A model generated the notes under the pieces. That model was not told where the DNA came from. It worked only from the letters and a program-made list of their open reading frames with translations, and searched no databases. Made by a program: the position numbers and the translations under genes. A DNA stretch of 63,844 bases, filler included, from Chiloscyllium plagiosum (taxonomy: Eukaryota), in NCBI RefSeq assembly GCF_004010195.1. It is 6 parts of one record of this genome, joined end to end, with 100 filler letters (N's around TTAATTAATTAA, not from the genome) between each part and the next. Parts side by side here need not be neighbours in the genome. Positions count along the whole stretch, not along the records: positions 57,883 to 63,844 come from NC_057714.1; 5 more parts are not named here. The stretch is one strand, 5' to 3'. Shown here in pieces: positions 63,655-63,844 of this stretch (the first letter of the stretch is position 1; every line of letters starts with the position of its first letter).

Positions 63655-63844
63655 ACTCCACCTATCTTCGTATCATTGCAGATGATACGAAGATAGGTGG
63701 AGTTGTGGATAGTGAGGAGGGCTGTTGTCGGCTGCAGAGGGACTTAGATATGATGCAGAGCTGGGCTGAGGAGTGGCAGATGGAGTTCAACCCTGCCAAG
63801 TGTGAGGTTGTCCATTTTGGAAGAACAAATAAGAATGCAGAATA
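63655..63844 (+). mobile_element. Young 5'-truncated CR1 RT fragment running off the window end
   Basis: Open frame ADDTKIGGVVDSEEGCCRLQRDLD..WAEEWQMEFNPAKCEVVHFGR. Confidence 0.9.

Overview
Repeat-dominated, gene-free vertebrate DNA, almost certainly from a shark: it carries HE1-type V-SINEs and partner CR1/HER1-type LINEs. No host protein-coding gene is supportable. Positions 1-16099 are a CpG-rich 24-bp satellite and 16600-20545 a 21-bp satellite; all long ORFs there are repeat artefacts. The rest is a nested mosaic of CR1 LINEs (ORF1 zinc-finger/SGNH esterase, ORF2 APE endonuclease-RT), a Rex1-type LINE, SINEs, and a decayed env-bearing endogenous retrovirus. The most interesting signal is about 16 minimal type I hammerhead-ribozyme motifs in at least four sequence families. 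They are tied to Penelope-like (GIY-YIG) remnants, occur as fold-back pairs and as ~100-130-bp TSD-flanked units, and are often followed by a conserved stem-loop. A second notable signal is an apparently ORF1-less LINE with a tRNA-like (Pol III) head, whose 5' and 3' ends match a local SINE. Several N-gaps, five with an artificial TTAATTAATTAA spacer, limit long-range inference. Element boundaries were read by eye and are approximate (tens of bp). Family names come from motif recognition, not database searches.
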